From assembly GCA_001661245.1 (NCBI GenBank), contig KV454017.1, forward strand, positions 248,001-304,079: a stretch of DNA of 56,079 nucleotides, given 5' to 3'. Shown piece by piece: positions 55,232 through 56,079 of this stretch (its first letter is position 1; each line of letters starts with the position of its first letter). Source of the stretch: Pachysolen tannophilus NRRL Y-2460. Lineage: Eukaryota. A program made the translations under genes and the position numbers. The notes below the pieces were generated by a model. That model was not told the origin of the DNA. It was given only the letters and a program-made list of their open reading frames with translations, and did not search any database.

Positions 55232-56079
55232 AAACTGAATAGCTAAATTAGCTTAATGAGCTAAAAAAAAAAAAAAAAAAAAGAAAAAGAACTAAAACTA
55301 AAACTATTATTTAGCTTGACCATATTTTTTTTTTTTTTTACCTTTTTTTCTTTTTCTTTTGTTTTTATTATAGATAGAACAATAATATATTTTACATGTT
55401 TGAATTGCATTAGACATGAGATAGTTTTGACTCTCCAAACCTAAGAGTTTATCTTCCAGTATTTTTTGTTCTTGACCCACCGTCAAAGGCTGGAGGCCAA
55501 GAAGGGCTACTCAGGCGGGGCCAAGACGGGAGACCAGAGGGGAGACCAGAGACCCAAGACAAGTGTCGCAAGAGATGAGGCTCTCACTTACACTCAAAAA
55601 AAAAAAAAAAAAAACAAAAAAAAAAAAAAAAAAAAACTAAGCGTGAGGCTCAAAATAAAACAATAAAATAAAATCGGTCGGTACTAAAGACGTTTGAAAA
55701 ACAAAAAAAACAAAAAACAAAAAACAAAAAACTAAGCATTCAAGGTAAGCATTAAGCGATGGGAACAAAACCAAAAATAGTTTTAATAAAAAAGTAGTGA
55801 ACAAAAAATAAAAAAAGTAGTAAACACAAAAGTAGTGCACGTGTACCAACCAACCAATTTCCAAAAAAAAATTTTTTTTGGTTTTTTGGTTTTTTGGTTT
55901 TTCTGTCCTCCCCTCCCCCACCAATTTTACTTTTTCTTCTGAAAAGAGCAGTCACAAGAAATTTAACTAATATAACATAAAAAAAAAAAACCTAATTACC
56001 CTACTGGGAAAGAGTGCGCCGGGTAACACCCTAATCTATTAAGTGTTCAGAACAAAGATCTTTAGTTAGTAAAGAAAAA

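Noticed and set aside
1..56079. tRNA, rRNA, LTR/transposon, CRISPR or prokaryotic defence systems
   Set aside because: By eye, no A/B-box cloverleaf, terminal repeats, transposase/RT ORFs or repeat-spacer arrays. The window is eukaryotic housekeeping DNA; a covariance-model search could still reveal small RNAs.

Overview
AT-rich budding-yeast (Saccharomycotina) chromosomal segment with about 24 protein-coding genes and one spliceosomal RNA gene. No tRNA, rRNA, transposon or CRISPR was seen. Gene order: FMS1-like (partial, frameshifted in an A10 run), ATP10, unknown single-TM protein, CCS1, IMP2, MIH1, MSN2/4-type zinc finger, EIS1, CSE4, ARP9, RCH1, SFK1, TAG1-like, STE23, CCW14/SSR1-type CFEM protein, POP1, U1 snRNA, GUD1, SSU72, ATG4, SQS1, SMB1, PRP38, NMT1/THI5-like solute-binding protein, DCP2, MRL1. 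Six short introns (86-119 nt) missed by the ORF track complete CCS1, MIH1, STE23, SSU72, SMB1 and MRL1. In-frame CTG codons mostly do not behave like Leu; Ala fits best (CUG-Ala clade such as Pachysolen, inferred) but Ser is not excluded. Highlights: a hidden STE23 exon giving a mitochondrial presequence, a second ATG and a C-terminal SKL; a compact U1 snRNA with a metazoan-type U1A loop; tandem acceptors that switch the MRL1 sorting tail; a sub-threshold 58-codon ORF; and several unexplained motif arrays. All gene identities come from recognising motifs and remembered homologues, not from database searches.
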